DNA from: an uncultured virus (IMG/VR IMGVR_UViG_3300027659_000012)
Lineage: Duplodnaviria > Heunggongvirae > Uroviricota > Caudoviricetes
Reading direction: 5' to 3' (one strand)
DNA length: 20,000 nucleotides
IMG/VR virus record: IMGVR_UViG_3300027659_000012
Of the stretch, positions 1-8,789 are shown piece by piece (the first letter of the stretch is position 1; each line of letters starts with the position of its first letter). The position numbers and the translations under genes are program-made. Below the pieces are notes generated by a model that had not been told where the DNA came from, made no database searches, and worked only from the letters and a program-made list of their open reading frames with translations.

Positions 1-1133
1 TACTGAATCTCAGTAAGACCAGCATTTTTGATAACTTGATCTTTGGTGTAAACCCCATCAAAGTCATTGAAACTTTTAACTAGACCCAAATCTAGCATGG
101 CTTTTTGTCTTCCATATGGGTGAATAATCTTACTTGAATTCCATATTTTATCTGCATCCAAGTGATTATACGAATCGCCTGATTTGAAATAATTGGTGAG
201 ATACCTTATGAAGTCACAACAGACATCCTCGACGTTATATGGGAATCCACCTGTGTCGGCAAAAAGATTCATCATGATCTCGTCGACTAACTGCTCGGAT
301 TTCATCTTCGTCTTGGCCGTTGCCAGATATGAGATGCTTTGAATCGCGTTGCTACCGTAATAGAATAGCGATTCCTTATTCACGAACTGAGGAAACCAAT
401 CGGCGACATCTGCCACGATCGCGGCATACTGGAAATGGTACTGACGAAGATTGTTCTTAACGTTCCAGTTCAGCATGAATGAGCCAATCTCGCGAAGATC
501 TTTCTTTCCTCCTTTGACTAAGAAATCTGCCAACTCTCTGGCTAAGCGAGGAGCAAATTCACAAAGGTAATAGTCTCCACCTTTCTTGTAGCCTTCGACT
601 GGTTTAGGAAATGCCGGAAACTGATAGCCCACTGAGGTGTAGAATGAATTCTGCTCGTGACGAACGATGTCACACATCTTCTCGATGGTGTCGGCCCGAT
701 AGAGCTTAAAGAGAAGCGTATTGTGATAGCCACTCGGCTTCAAGGCATAGTTAATACCAGAACCGCATACCCGATGAAGGATGAAGACGTAGAGCCATTC
801 GGCCAAACCAAAGACATCTTGCTTTCCGCTCCAGTTATTGGCAACCTCGACTCGCTGATCGAAGACTTGCCCGGCCTTCATCTTCTCCCAATAAGGGTGA
901 CTCTCACTCCAGCCATGAAAGCAATCATGAACGATCTGAGAGAAACCCGCATAGGCACGTTCTACTACGTCATACAACTCGACCTTCTCCATCAGGTCAT
1001 CACCAATATTCGAATCGGCATGGCTAATCATGCCATAAGGAGCATGATCGCTAACGTTGCATTTCTCTTGCTGCTCTTTTGCCAAGGCATAGTAGCGTAA
1101 GAATTCGTCGTAGTATTCCGTCTTTTCGATCAT
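1..1133 (-). CDS. 3'-truncated ORF (>=377 aa), putative aGPT-Pplase / amino acid:DNA transferase-like DNA hypermodification enzyme
   Basis: Absent from the ORF track because it runs off the window. Hand translation from ATG 1133 is open to base 1: MIEKTEYYDEFLRYYALAKEQQ...VELYDVVERAYAGFSQ...LHRVCGSG...YTSVGYQFPAFPKP...FQYAAIVADVADWFP...PYNVEDVCCDFIRY...HPYGRQKAMLDLGLV. It starts 1 nt after the upstream stop. LYDVVER and EDVCCDFIRY resemble the NVxR and ExxLCE/DxxKY motifs I recall for aGPT-Pplase1; the family call is inference. Confidence 0.6.
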   Translation of the reverse strand, partial: MIEKTEYYDEFLRYYALAKEQQEKCNVSDHAPYGMISHADSNIGDDLMEKVELYDVVERAYAGFSQIVHDCFHGWSESHPYWEKMKAGQVFDQRVEVANNWSGKQDVFGLAEWLYVFILHRVCGSGINYALKPSGYHNTLLFKLYRADTIEKMCDIVRHEQNSFYTSVGYQFPAFPKPVEGYKKGGDYYLCEFAPRLARELADFLVKGGKKDLREIGSFMLNWNVKNNLRQYHFQYAAIVADVADWFPQFVNKESLFYYGSNAIQSISYLATAKTKMKSEQLVDEIMMNLFADTGGFPYNVEDVCCDFIRYLTNYFKSGDSYNHLDADKIWNSSKIIHPYGRQKAMLDLGLVKSFNDFDGVYTKDQVIKNAGLTEIQ

Positions 1134-1134
1134 A

Positions 1135-1578
1135 TTATTCAGTGATATAGACCGCAGTCTCACGACCGCCACACTTGAAGTTAATAACTGCATCTTCGCC
1201 GGTCCAGCGAATTGCCGAGATTTGCTTCGAAGCTTCAGCGCTTGTTGGACGATTGAGAAAGTCACGACCTTCGACTTGGCCATCCATACCACCTCGGCAA
1301 TACGAGACGATGAATGAGCAATAGTTGATCATGTCCTTGGCGCTATCCTCGACGCTTTCGAAGTTCGGGACATAAGAAGGATCATGTTCCATTGCAGCGA
1401 TCACACTGCGAAGGCGAAGCATCTTGGCATGGACGATATCCAGCAAGGTCGAAACCCCGCGAGGATAATAGTCGGCTTGCTTAATGATGCTATGCGAGTT
1501 CTGATAATCGTTACCCTTCTTACGTTGAAGGTTGGCGCATTCGTCTAGTACCTTGATTGATTCCTTATCGTTTTCCAT
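1135..1578 (-). CDS. Nucleotide-modification-associated domain 1 (Nmad1/DUF1599), MazG-like all-alpha NTP pyrophosphatase
   Basis: KGNDY...KMLRL...ESVEDSAKDMINY pattern; sits beside a dCMP hydroxymethylase. Confidence 0.75.
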   Translation of the reverse strand: MENDKESIKVLDECANLQRKKGNDYQNSHSIIKQADYYPRGVSTLLDIVHAKMLRLRSVIAAMEHDPSYVPNFESVEDSAKDMINYCSFIVSYCRGGMDGQVEGRDFLNRPTSAEASKQISAIRWTGEDAVINFKCGGRETAVYITE

Positions 1579-1587
1579 GTTGGGAGT

Positions 1588-1616
1588 ATTTTATATTGTT
1601 TTGAGTAATTTGTACA
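1588..1616 (-). promoter_or_regulatory. Sigma70-like phage early promoter TGTACA-N17-TAAAAT
   Basis: -35 at 1616-1611, -10 at 1593-1588, ATG at 1578; member of a repeated promoter family. Confidence 0.65.
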
Positions 1617-1621
1617 CATCT

Positions 1622-2353
1622 TTATGCATCGCCTAATGCTTTTTGTGCCATGCGCTGGGTCTCAAGATGCTCGTCTTGTTTGTCGATGAATTTTTGAATC
1701 AGATGAAAGTGGCAAGAATAGACATGAAGGCTACCTACTTGCCAAGTGATATCACCTGCGATCAGATCTCGACCAAGCTTTTGATTGTAATCGGCGACCA
1801 GCTTATCTAGCACAAATTTCTGCCAGGCATAGTCATTGCGATATCCGAAGATGACATCATTCGAACGCATCTGCACGACGCAATGAATCTTGCCATCGCG
1901 AATCAGGTATTGAACCGCATTGGTGCAGATGAAGTCGCTCATACCACCTTTGCACCAATCAGTGTGCATAGTAGGACGAGTGTAGATAGTGACTGCTCGA
2001 CGAGAATTTGGGCTGACCACTAACTCGTTGAGGACAGAGAGATATTGCCCATGATTCTGCTTGCCAAAGACCAGATAGCCATAGTTTGAATTGATCACTC
2101 CATCCGGAGTAGCCACAGATTTCCAGATCTGAGGAACCTTGCCAGGAATATCATTGACATTCAAAGATTCCGACAGGTACCAATCCAATTCGTGCTGGAT
2201 ATACTCATGATTGAGTTCACCGAAGATTGCCGGAGCATCAGCCAAAAAGCTGGCACCTACCAGCTCGATGGTGCTGGTACCGGTTTTATCCTCGATAAGA
2301 TTGCCCGAGCGAAGTTCGGAGATGAAGTGTTGCTGAATATCTTTTGTTGTCAT
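1622..2353 (-). CDS. gp42: dCMP hydroxymethylase (T4 gp42-like, thymidylate synthase fold)
   Basis: DKTG..TIE..GASF.AD, INSNYG, SRR...IYTRP, GMSDFICTN (catalytic Cys), MRSNDVIFGYRNDYAWQ (Asp at the cytosine-specificity position), VGSLHVY; matches T4 gp42 as I recall it over the full length. Confidence 0.93.
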   Translation of the reverse strand: MTTKDIQQHFISELRSGNLIEDKTGTSTIELVGASFLADAPAIFGELNHEYIQHELDWYLSESLNVNDIPGKVPQIWKSVATPDGVINSNYGYLVFGKQNHGQYLSVLNELVVSPNSRRAVTIYTRPTMHTDWCKGGMSDFICTNAVQYLIRDGKIHCVVQMRSNDVIFGYRNDYAWQKFVLDKLVADYNQKLGRDLIAGDITWQVGSLHVYSCHFHLIQKFIDKQDEHLETQRMAQKALGDA

Positions 2354-2355
2354 GA

Positions 2356-2682
2356 TCAGTGTGTGAAGATGTATTTGCGATTTTCGATGATGCCCTTCAT
2401 GTAGAATTCATCCGAGCGATCCAGATTAGCATGAGCAGTTTTAGAGCCAATGAACAATACCTTGTGCTCGAGTTTTACTCTGCTGCCCTTTAGATATTCA
2501 CTGCAATCATCGATGAACATCTTTGCGAGCTTGGATTCGGCGGAAATATCCCAGTTGATGTTGCCATCATCCTCGGCAACCACTTGACGCACGCGATCAA
2601 AGAGAAATTGTTGAAGTGGGCATTGTTGTTCTGGAGATTCTACCGAGAACATGTATTTTAGGCGTTTAAGGATTGGTATCAT
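2356..2682 (-). CDS. Hypothetical protein
   Basis: 108-aa ORF packed between a promoter and gp42. Confidence 0.7.
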   Translation of the reverse strand: MIPILKRLKYMFSVESPEQQCPLQQFLFDRVRQVVAEDDGNINWDISAESKLAKMFIDDCSEYLKGSRVKLEHKVLFIGSKTAHANLDRSDEFYMKGIIENRKYIFTH

Positions 2683-2691
2683 ATCGGTGTT

Positions 2692-2719
2692 ATTCTACTA
2701 TATCTGGAGAAAAAGTAAA
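2692..2719 (-). promoter_or_regulatory. Early-type promoter TTTACT-N16-TAGAAT
   Basis: Shares CCAGATAT.GTAGAATAAC with the copies at 4893 and 14771; ATG at 2682. Confidence 0.65.
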
Positions 2720-2722
2720 TGC

Positions 2723-3163
2723 TTATTTTCTAAATTGTTCGGCCTGAGACAGACTTCTCATCTTTGTAGCGAGCTCATTCGAATTGACCTCATGAAGAAG
2801 GTTCATTTGCGAAATGGGCCAACCAAGCATATTCGTCATGGCATTCGTACGGTACCTGACGAAGTCTTTCCTCGACCCACATTCCCAGACCTTGATCTTT
2901 GGGGTCGAGTCATATTCTACGAAGATCAGACGATCGACGTTCATGCACTTATCGCGATTGGTCTGCTTATCCGCCTGGATTGAGAAGACATTCATGCCAG
3001 GATGACGATTCTGGGTCTTGACCTCGATCTGACACCCGTTAGCGTCGATCAGATCCTTGATGATGTCGAAGCGATCCTCAGAGATGATGGCATCTTCCAG
3101 ATAGGCCACCAACTTTTCACCAATCTCTCCGAGCCGATGCTTGTTTGTAATTGGAGCACTCAA
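2723..3163 (-). CDS. PD-(D/E)XK superfamily nuclease-like protein
   Basis: GEIGEKLV (motif I Glu)...KDL...IEVKT (D...ExK). Confidence 0.6.
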   Translation of the reverse strand: MSAPITNKHRLGEIGEKLVAYLEDAIISEDRFDIIKDLIDANGCQIEVKTQNRHPGMNVFSIQADKQTNRDKCMNVDRLIFVEYDSTPKIKVWECGSRKDFVRYRTNAMTNMLGWPISQMNLLHEVNSNELATKMRSLSQAEQFRK

Positions 3164-3369
3164 TATATTATGTCATCACCGTTTGGATCGCCGAACTCTT
3201 CAAATTCACCAAACATTTCATCGATAGTTCGCGTATCAAATGTTTCATGCATCATGATGGTCTTGAAGGCATGCTTCCAATCATCCACAGTAGAAAAACG
3301 ATTCAGAGACAGTTGAATCTCTTTATCGTCAAAGGTGTTGTTGACAGTGATTTTAATTTTATGATTCAT
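3160..3369 (-). CDS. Hypothetical protein, acidic C-terminus
   Basis: ATGA overlap with the next gene; tight packing. Confidence 0.7.
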   Translation of the reverse strand: MNHKIKITVNNTFDDKEIQLSLNRFSTVDDWKHAFKTIMMHETFDTRTIDEMFGEFEEFGDPNGDDIIY

Positions 3370-3370
3370 A

Positions 3371-3616
3371 TTAGGATTTATAGTTTTGAATTTCTACCAG
3401 ATAGTCTACCAGATCAGCGATCTTTTCATCATCAAGAATAACCATATCAGCATAAGGTTTGCCCTTTAAGCATTGCCAGGCAAGAATGAGACGATTTTTG
3501 AATGAACGATTTTGCGGATCGGTTTTAAAGAATGAAATTTCTGTACCAAATCCCGGTTCATGTTCGATCCACATGCCCTCTGACTCACAGTCGCATTTGA
3601 AGAATTGACCTTTCAT
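3371..3616 (-). CDS. Hypothetical protein (N-terminal CxC)
   Basis: Tightly packed minus-strand ORF. Confidence 0.7.
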   Translation of the reverse strand: MKGQFFKCDCESEGMWIEHEPGFGTEISFFKTDPQNRSFKNRLILAWQCLKGKPYADMVILDDEKIADLVDYLVEIQNYKS

Positions 3617-3705
3617 AGTTTTCCTTTATAGTTTAAAAATGTTACACATAATACACTGCAGATCATTACGACAGCTGCACAGATGATGGGGATGTCTTCG
3701 ATCAT
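3613..3705 (-). CDS. Small membrane protein (30 aa)
   Basis: MIEDIPIICAAVVMICSVLCVTFLNYKGKL; ATGA overlaps at both ends; below the ORF-track cutoff. Confidence 0.65.
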   Translation of the reverse strand: MIEDIPIICAAVVMICSVLCVTFLNYKGKL

Positions 3706-4094
3706 TTTAGTAAGGCTTCGGTGATTCGTTGTGCATTCTCTTGAATCGATGGATATTCAAGAGAACTAAATTCTTTTCCGTGTTTCGCAATAAATGCTTT
3801 CCAATCCGCAAGAGCTTCAGGCGAAATAGGATTCTGTGATGGTCGAGCTTCAGAGGCTTCACGAATAATGTCCATGAGTTGATCTTCTTTTTCTCTCGCA
3901 GCAGCAGTAATTTCTGCCTTATGAGGATGCACTTGTTGACGAATTGAAGTAGATCCAGCAGCAACTCTTACAAGCCACCAACCTTCACGCAATCCGCCAT
4001 AGGCCCAAGGATCATTATCCTGAACATATTTTCGACCAACTTTCTTATAGCGGATTTCATTCATTTTTTCGTATGCTCTTGTTTCTGCGTTCAT
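3702..4094 (-). CDS. Hypothetical protein
   Basis: 130-aa ORF with an AT-rich leader. Confidence 0.75.
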   Translation of the reverse strand: MNAETRAYEKMNEIRYKKVGRKYVQDNDPWAYGGLREGWWLVRVAAGSTSIRQQVHPHKAEITAAAREKEDQLMDIIREASEARPSQNPISPEALADWKAFIAKHGKEFSSLEYPSIQENAQRITEALLK

Positions 4095-4120
4095 ATCTTA
4101 TATTTTTATCAGTGTTACTT

Positions 4121-4633
4121 TTACGGATACATTTTACTGTGTTTGTCGGCATTGTCAAGAAGTTTTTTTGTCTTCTCGTTTTGAAGTTGCACCATCACTT
4201 TAAATTTTCGCAACTGTTCTGCCGGTGGTTGCAGAGATTCCCATGATGCTGGAATTGCTTCACCCAAAGAATATGCCGCTTCTCTCCAGCCATCACGTTC
4301 TTCAATCAACTCAGCTACAAGTTTAGCGCGTTCTTTCAAGTCAGGACGATCACTAACGATTTTCTTTAGTTTCACTTGATTGTCATGAGAAGCTTTCCAG
4401 CTATTACATTCACGTTCAAGTTTTAAGTTTGCCGCTTCAGCTTCAAGCATATTTTGCTCGCAGATGTTAGATACTCGTTCATATTGCCGAGCTAGAGCAT
4501 TTGCTGCATCCCGCTCTTCTTTAAGCATTCCAATTTCTGCTCTGGATTTCACGCTATCAACAATAAGACATATCATGCCAATCGTGCAAACGATACCTGC
4601 AAAGGCAAAAAAGATAATGTCTGCTTTGTTCAT
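4121..4633 (-). CDS. Hypothetical protein, N-terminal TM helix plus coiled coil
   Basis: Hydrophobic residues ~6-25 followed by heptad-like E/K/L/A-rich sequence. Confidence 0.7.
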   Translation of the reverse strand: MNKADIIFFAFAGIVCTIGMICLIVDSVKSRAEIGMLKEERDAANALARQYERVSNICEQNMLEAEAANLKLERECNSWKASHDNQVKLKKIVSDRPDLKERAKLVAELIEERDGWREAAYSLGEAIPASWESLQPPAEQLRKFKVMVQLQNEKTKKLLDNADKHSKMYP

Positions 4634-4653
4634 AAGTTAGTGGTTAGTAAAAG

Positions 4654-4863
4654 TTAGGCATACATGAGGAACATGCGATCTTGCAGTTCGGCCGCATAAC
4701 CACGAGCGATGCGGGCAATGGTGTCATCGGCAATGTTATGTTCGATCAAAATGTTAATGGCTTCGACAAACTCATGAAGCATCTCGATTGGAGGGATAGA
4801 GCTAAGATCCATGCGAGTGATGGCTTTGAATTCGGTGGCGAGGTAGTCAATTGGTGTTTTCAT
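4654..4863 (-). CDS. Hypothetical early protein
   Basis: First gene behind the promoter cassette at 4861-4951. Confidence 0.75.
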   Translation of the reverse strand: MKTPIDYLATEFKAITRMDLSSIPPIEMLHEFVEAINILIEHNIADDTIARIARGYAAELQDRMFLMYA

Positions 4864-4951
4864 AATGTAGAGGAGAGGTTGCTTACGAGGTTATTCTACC
4901 ATATCTGGGGCTAATGTACACATCTTTTTACGTAGAAAGTGAATTATTTTC
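4861..4951 (-). promoter_or_regulatory. Early promoter cassette copy 1 (UP-like tract, TGTACA-N16-TAGAAT, C/T-rich leader)
   Basis: -35 at 4920-4915, -10 at 4898-4893; about 90-bp near-duplicate of 14740-14830. Confidence 0.8.
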
Positions 4952-4974
4952 ACTTGCTCCCATAACTCGTTTGG

Positions 4975-4982
4975 TATAAATA
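4975..4982 (+). promoter_or_regulatory. T4-type late promoter TATAAATA
   Basis: Exact gp55 consensus, 8 nt upstream of ATG 4991. Confidence 0.75.
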
Positions 4983-4990
4983 CTTGTACC

Positions 4991-5344
4991 ATGAAACTCA
5001 GCTACATCTTTACCGTCCAAAACCAACTCCAGACCGACCACTGGCAGACAAAAAGCTTTGCCGAACACAAAGCTCTCTCCACTGCCTATGAAGGCCTCGG
5101 TGGACTCTTTGACAGCTTTATCGAGACCTACTTCGGCAAGAACGGTATCGATGCAGCTCCTACGGCTTGCACTGCGATCACTCATTCCTATAAGGGTGAC
5201 TTGATTGGTCAATACACCAACACACGCGACGTGGTTGATGCATATCTCGGCGAATGCACCGGTGGCAGCTCGGACCTTGAAAACATTCGCGCCGATATCA
5301 AGGGTGAATTCAATCAACTCTTGTATCGCCTTCAACAGAAGTAA
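4991..5344 (+). CDS. Dps/ferritin-like four-helix protein (DUF5856-like)
   Basis: HWQTKSFAEHKAL...YE.L....D.FIE, a Dps-like ferroxidase pattern; only plus-strand gene; late promoter upstream. Confidence 0.75.
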   Translation: MKLSYIFTVQNQLQTDHWQTKSFAEHKALSTAYEGLGGLFDSFIETYFGKNGIDAAPTACTAITHSYKGDLIGQYTNTRDVVDAYLGECTGGSSDLENIRADIKGEFNQLLYRLQQK

Positions 5345-6034
5345 TCAACGATGCTCGCTGATCTCAAGTTCAGCTAAGATCCTTCCACGGCATCCATTGC
5401 GCTCGGCAAGATAGTGCTGATGGAAGTGTCCACAATAGAGGCGACTGGGTTTTGATAGCTCCACTATCTTGCCTATGTCGTCTCTTTCTTTTGTGCAGTC
5501 GCGCCAGAGATATTCATCCTTGTCACACCAGCCGATGATGCCTTGCTTGTCGAAAGGACCCAACCAGGTCGGGGCAGAATGTGTGATGAGCACGTCACAT
5601 TCGACGGCGAACTCCGGACGAAGGACGAACGGCTCATCCTCCCAATAAGCAACCAAAGGTTGCCGTATTCGGCGATCGATAGAGATTGCGCCGCCTACGA
5701 ATAGAAACTTTTCTCCGTTTATAAATTCGACATGGTAATCCGGAATCAGACGAAGGTTAGACCACTCGTGAATCTCATCATTGAAGAAGCCAGGGTCGTC
5801 ATGATTTCCCCGAATCGAGAGGAACTGGATATCGCGCTTCGAGAAAAACTCATTGGCAATTTCAAGGCAACGCATCTCCTTGGAGTAGCTGTCCTTAAAG
5901 CCGATGCCTAAATCTCCGACGCAGATCAGGTAACAGCCAGAGATTTCGGCGGTATTGATTCTGCGAAACATGGCATCCCAATTGCCATGCACATCTCCGA
6001 GCATATAGACTGGTTTATTCAAGGAATTCTGCAT
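5345..6034 (-). CDS. Calcineurin-like metallophosphoesterase
   Basis: GDVHG, VGD, GNHD, THS and GHFH motifs in order. Confidence 0.9.
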   Translation of the reverse strand: MQNSLNKPVYMLGDVHGNWDAMFRRINTAEISGCYLICVGDLGIGFKDSYSKEMRCLEIANEFFSKRDIQFLSIRGNHDDPGFFNDEIHEWSNLRLIPDYHVEFINGEKFLFVGGAISIDRRIRQPLVAYWEDEPFVLRPEFAVECDVLITHSAPTWLGPFDKQGIIGWCDKDEYLWRDCTKERDDIGKIVELSKPSRLYCGHFHQHYLAERNGCRGRILAELEISEHR

Positions 6035-6404
6035 AGTGTACTGTGTTTTTTGAACGACCTCTTTGTTTTTCTGCCAGTTGAGCGATAGTTAATGGATCAT
6101 CAATGTATGCGCGAGTGCGATAGCTGCCCATAAAATCATATACCCAAAGTTGGTTCTTACCGATAGGATACATAAACGCTACAACAGCGTGTCCTTTCGC
6201 TTTACCATCTACATCATCAGTATATCCATACACTACTACCTTACTCCACTTACATTTAGATTCTTTAAGACCTTCACGAAAAGCAATTGCAGTGGGAAGA
6301 CAATCATTAGCGCCCTGCCACTCCATCCACTTTTGCGGATTGCTTGGTAGTGTACTACACGAGGCATGGATAAGAGCAACTAATGATAGTAGTAATTTTT
6401 TCAT
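6015..6404 (-). CDS. Putative lipoprotein with a papain/transglutaminase-like Cys-His-Asp triad
   Basis: MKKLLLSLVALIHAS-C signal/lipobox-like start; NDCLPTA...GHAV...WVYD. Confidence 0.55.
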   Translation of the reverse strand: MKKLLLSLVALIHASCSTLPSNPQKWMEWQGANDCLPTAIAFREGLKESKCKWSKVVVYGYTDDVDGKAKGHAVVAFMYPIGKNQLWVYDFMGSYRTRAYIDDPLTIAQLAEKQRGRSKNTVHYAEFLE

Positions 6405-6420
6405 TGCTATATTTAAAATA

Positions 6421-6981
6421 TTATGTCCAAAGATATTTACGATTCTTAATAATAATCTCCATTGTAAGAGTATCAGTGTCTTCTATTTGTTTATTTATGC
6501 GTATATTTTCCGCATATGCCTCTGCAAAAGACATACCATATCTCTCTTCACAAGAAAGCATACGTTTAAGACCACTGCCATCTTCAGACGGCACAAGCCA
6601 TTCTGAATGAGGCTTTATTGGCGTAGGATGCGATTCATCTTCTTGCTTTTCCAATTTGGGACGTTCATTCTTAATGTAGTGATAAGCGGTCCAAAGTTGA
6701 TTTCTGACTTCAGAACGTTCATTCTTGTATTCTTCGCTAATATATCCTTTTGCAAGATCATCAGCATAAAGCTCGTCACTCCAGATAGAATCTAACCCCT
6801 TCTCAACTTCAATAAAATGAACTAATATCTCAAATAAAACAATATCAATTAATCCATATGAGTCATAGTAATTATTGCCTATTTTTTTGAATAGCCATTT
6901 ACTTTTAGGAAAGAAATAGTCGCGGATATTCCATTTTAATTCGCGCCAAAAATATCGATGAGTAAGTAGTTTGACTTTCAT
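6421..6981 (-). CDS. Hypothetical protein
   Basis: 186-aa ORF in the AT-rich block. Confidence 0.8.
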   Translation of the reverse strand: MKVKLLTHRYFWRELKWNIRDYFFPKSKWLFKKIGNNYYDSYGLIDIVLFEILVHFIEVEKGLDSIWSDELYADDLAKGYISEEYKNERSEVRNQLWTAYHYIKNERPKLEKQEDESHPTPIKPHSEWLVPSEDGSGLKRMLSCEERYGMSFAEAYAENIRINKQIEDTDTLTMEIIIKNRKYLWT

Positions 6982-6984
6982 AAT

Positions 6985-7197
6985 TTAATGTATACATATT
7001 GCTTGACAATCAAATGGATCAGAGTCGACATGAACAATTTCGTGTTTACCATAATACCATTCGGTATATACGTCAAGTTTAATTTTTAAGTCAACCGCAT
7101 CTTTTGCTTCATCGACACCACCTTCATAGCCACCAATGATAACCATAAGCTCAGGATCGTAAGACTGTAGTTTTTCAATCAACTGTTTGACTTTCAT
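6985..7197 (-). CDS. Small phage hypothetical (MKVKQLIEKLQ..DPE type)
   Basis: N-terminus of a type common in phage small ORFs; ATGA overlap. Confidence 0.75.
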   Translation of the reverse strand: MKVKQLIEKLQSYDPELMVIIGGYEGGVDEAKDAVDLKIKLDVYTEWYYGKHEIVHVDSDPFDCQAICIH

Positions 7198-8186
7198 AAG
7201 TTAGCTTTACAATGTTCTTCGTGATGATAGTCCCAATATTCTCCGCAATCAGGGAAACACATTAAAGGATTTACTTTGTCAGGAAAAACTTTGTTGAGCA
7301 GCTTGCTATCGATCACCGCTTGCAAATCCTCAATCTTCATCTTGAGTGCAAGATTCTCTTCGATCAGCAACTCAGGTTGATACTCATCGTCAGCCAACTG
7401 ACCTAGCGCTTGTTGTGCGATCAGTTTGCAGGTCTCAGATTTGCGTGGACGTTTGACGATTTCTTCCAAAGCGGCTTTGTACTGGTCTCGTTCACTTTCA
7501 ATACTTGTGATGTCCTTTGCTGATTTGGATTTCAACAAATAATTCAACATCTGAGCAGGTTTAAGATCTTTCTTTACTCCAAAACCAGCATAGTATTCAT
7601 AGCATGTTTTGATCTCTTCTTGGAGTGCTTCAAGATCTTCTCTATCTCCCCAAGCCTCAATCTTAGCCTTATCAGCTATAGCAATTAATAAAGCGATATT
7701 ATCAAGGATGTAACCAGCATCAGGATGATCAAAGAAGTTGGGCATTGATTGAGAAATCAATTCATTGGCTTCATCTTGTTGACTTTCAAGTAGAGCATGT
7801 TCTCTAACATAATACTTAACACGATCAGGAATGTTCTCATATGTATGAGTAGTGATATTGCTTACAGGAAGTTCAAAGAGAATTTTATCAAGAATTTCTT
7901 GTTGCCTTTTGACAGCAAAAGACTTTACATCACCAGTCTTTATGTAACAATCAAGTTCGTTTCGAAGTTTCTCATTCTCTTCTGTGAGTCTTTTAATATT
8001 AAATCTATCACCATTGACAGTCGCCTGTAATGCATTAATTTCTCTTTGATACCAAAGGCAGTCTCCTTCATATTGATCGATAGTTTTTGTCATAGTAGAT
8101 TCGGTTGGTTGTTTTTCAAAGCAGGTCATACACGTATCATATATTTCAGTGAAGAGTGTGTCATTGCAGTGTTTACAGTGTTTCAT
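7194..8186 (-). CDS. Hypothetical coiled-coil protein with N-terminal CxxC...CxxC
   Basis: 330-aa ORF; 5' part is duplicated at 8701-8789. Confidence 0.8.
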   Translation of the reverse strand: MKHCKHCNDTLFTEIYDTCMTCFEKQPTESTMTKTIDQYEGDCLWYQREINALQATVNGDRFNIKRLTEENEKLRNELDCYIKTGDVKSFAVKRQQEILDKILFELPVSNITTHTYENIPDRVKYYVREHALLESQQDEANELISQSMPNFFDHPDAGYILDNIALLIAIADKAKIEAWGDREDLEALQEEIKTCYEYYAGFGVKKDLKPAQMLNYLLKSKSAKDITSIESERDQYKAALEEIVKRPRKSETCKLIAQQALGQLADDEYQPELLIEENLALKMKIEDLQAVIDSKLLNKVFPDKVNPLMCFPDCGEYWDYHHEEHCKANL

Positions 8187-8789
8187 AATTTAAACCAAGT
8201 AATAGTAAGTGTTTTAAGTAAAAGATAGCAGATAATTGGTCCTACAACCAATCCTGCAATGAATGAAATAATTAGTGATAACATATTATTGTATCGGTGT
8301 TCCCTTTATTTTTTCTTTCTCATTTAAAATAATATACTTTCTTAAAGTACGAATTTCTCTAATTAAATCTGATAGCATATTATAAGGTTTATCTTTCCAT
8401 CTATGCCCATCACTTGCAAATGGTTCATCACCGCACACATTATTCCAAAACGCTTGACGAACCAATGACGGAATATCAATGGGATAAGCGATGATGTGTT
8501 TGATACCTTCTGCCATTTCATCATCACGTTTATGATTTTCAAGATTGCCTACAGGAAGTTCAAAGAGAGTCTTACCGGGAATACCTTTTAGTTTGCCCAT
8601 TTTTATGATATGTTGAGATTCTCTTTTATAAAGATCATCTAAATCTTCACTCATATGACGATTAGACATTTTCAGGCTTTTAATTTCTTTTTGATAGTCT
8701 TCGATAGTTTTTGTCATAGTAGATTCGGTTGGTTGTTTTTCAAAGCAGGTCATACATGTATCATATACTTCAGTGAAAAGGGTGTCGTT
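8077..8789. repeat. 89-bp direct repeat (8077-8165 and 8701-8789)
   Basis: First 56 nt identical, 5 mismatches in total; encodes NDTLFTE.YDTCMTCFEKQPTESTMTKTI. Confidence 0.9.
8183..8284 (-). CDS. Small membrane protein (33 aa)
   Basis: MLSLIISFIAGLVVGPIICYLLLKTLTITWFKL; fills the gap exactly, with an ATGA overlap. Confidence 0.65.
   Translation of the reverse strand: MLSLIISFIAGLVVGPIICYLLLKTLTITWFKL

Noticed and set aside
657..1100. 147-aa plus-strand ORF (and 542..733 minus)
   Set aside because: Shadows of the long minus-strand ORF 1..1133, which fits the operon
1622..2353. Ordinary thymidylate synthase or dUMP hydroxymethylase
   Set aside because: Has Asp (GYRNDY) at the specificity position and gp42-specific motifs rather than the ThyA Asn and PCH motif
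4928..5335. 135-aa minus-strand ORF
   Set aside because: Antisense to the Dps-like gene, which has recognisable motifs and its own late promoter
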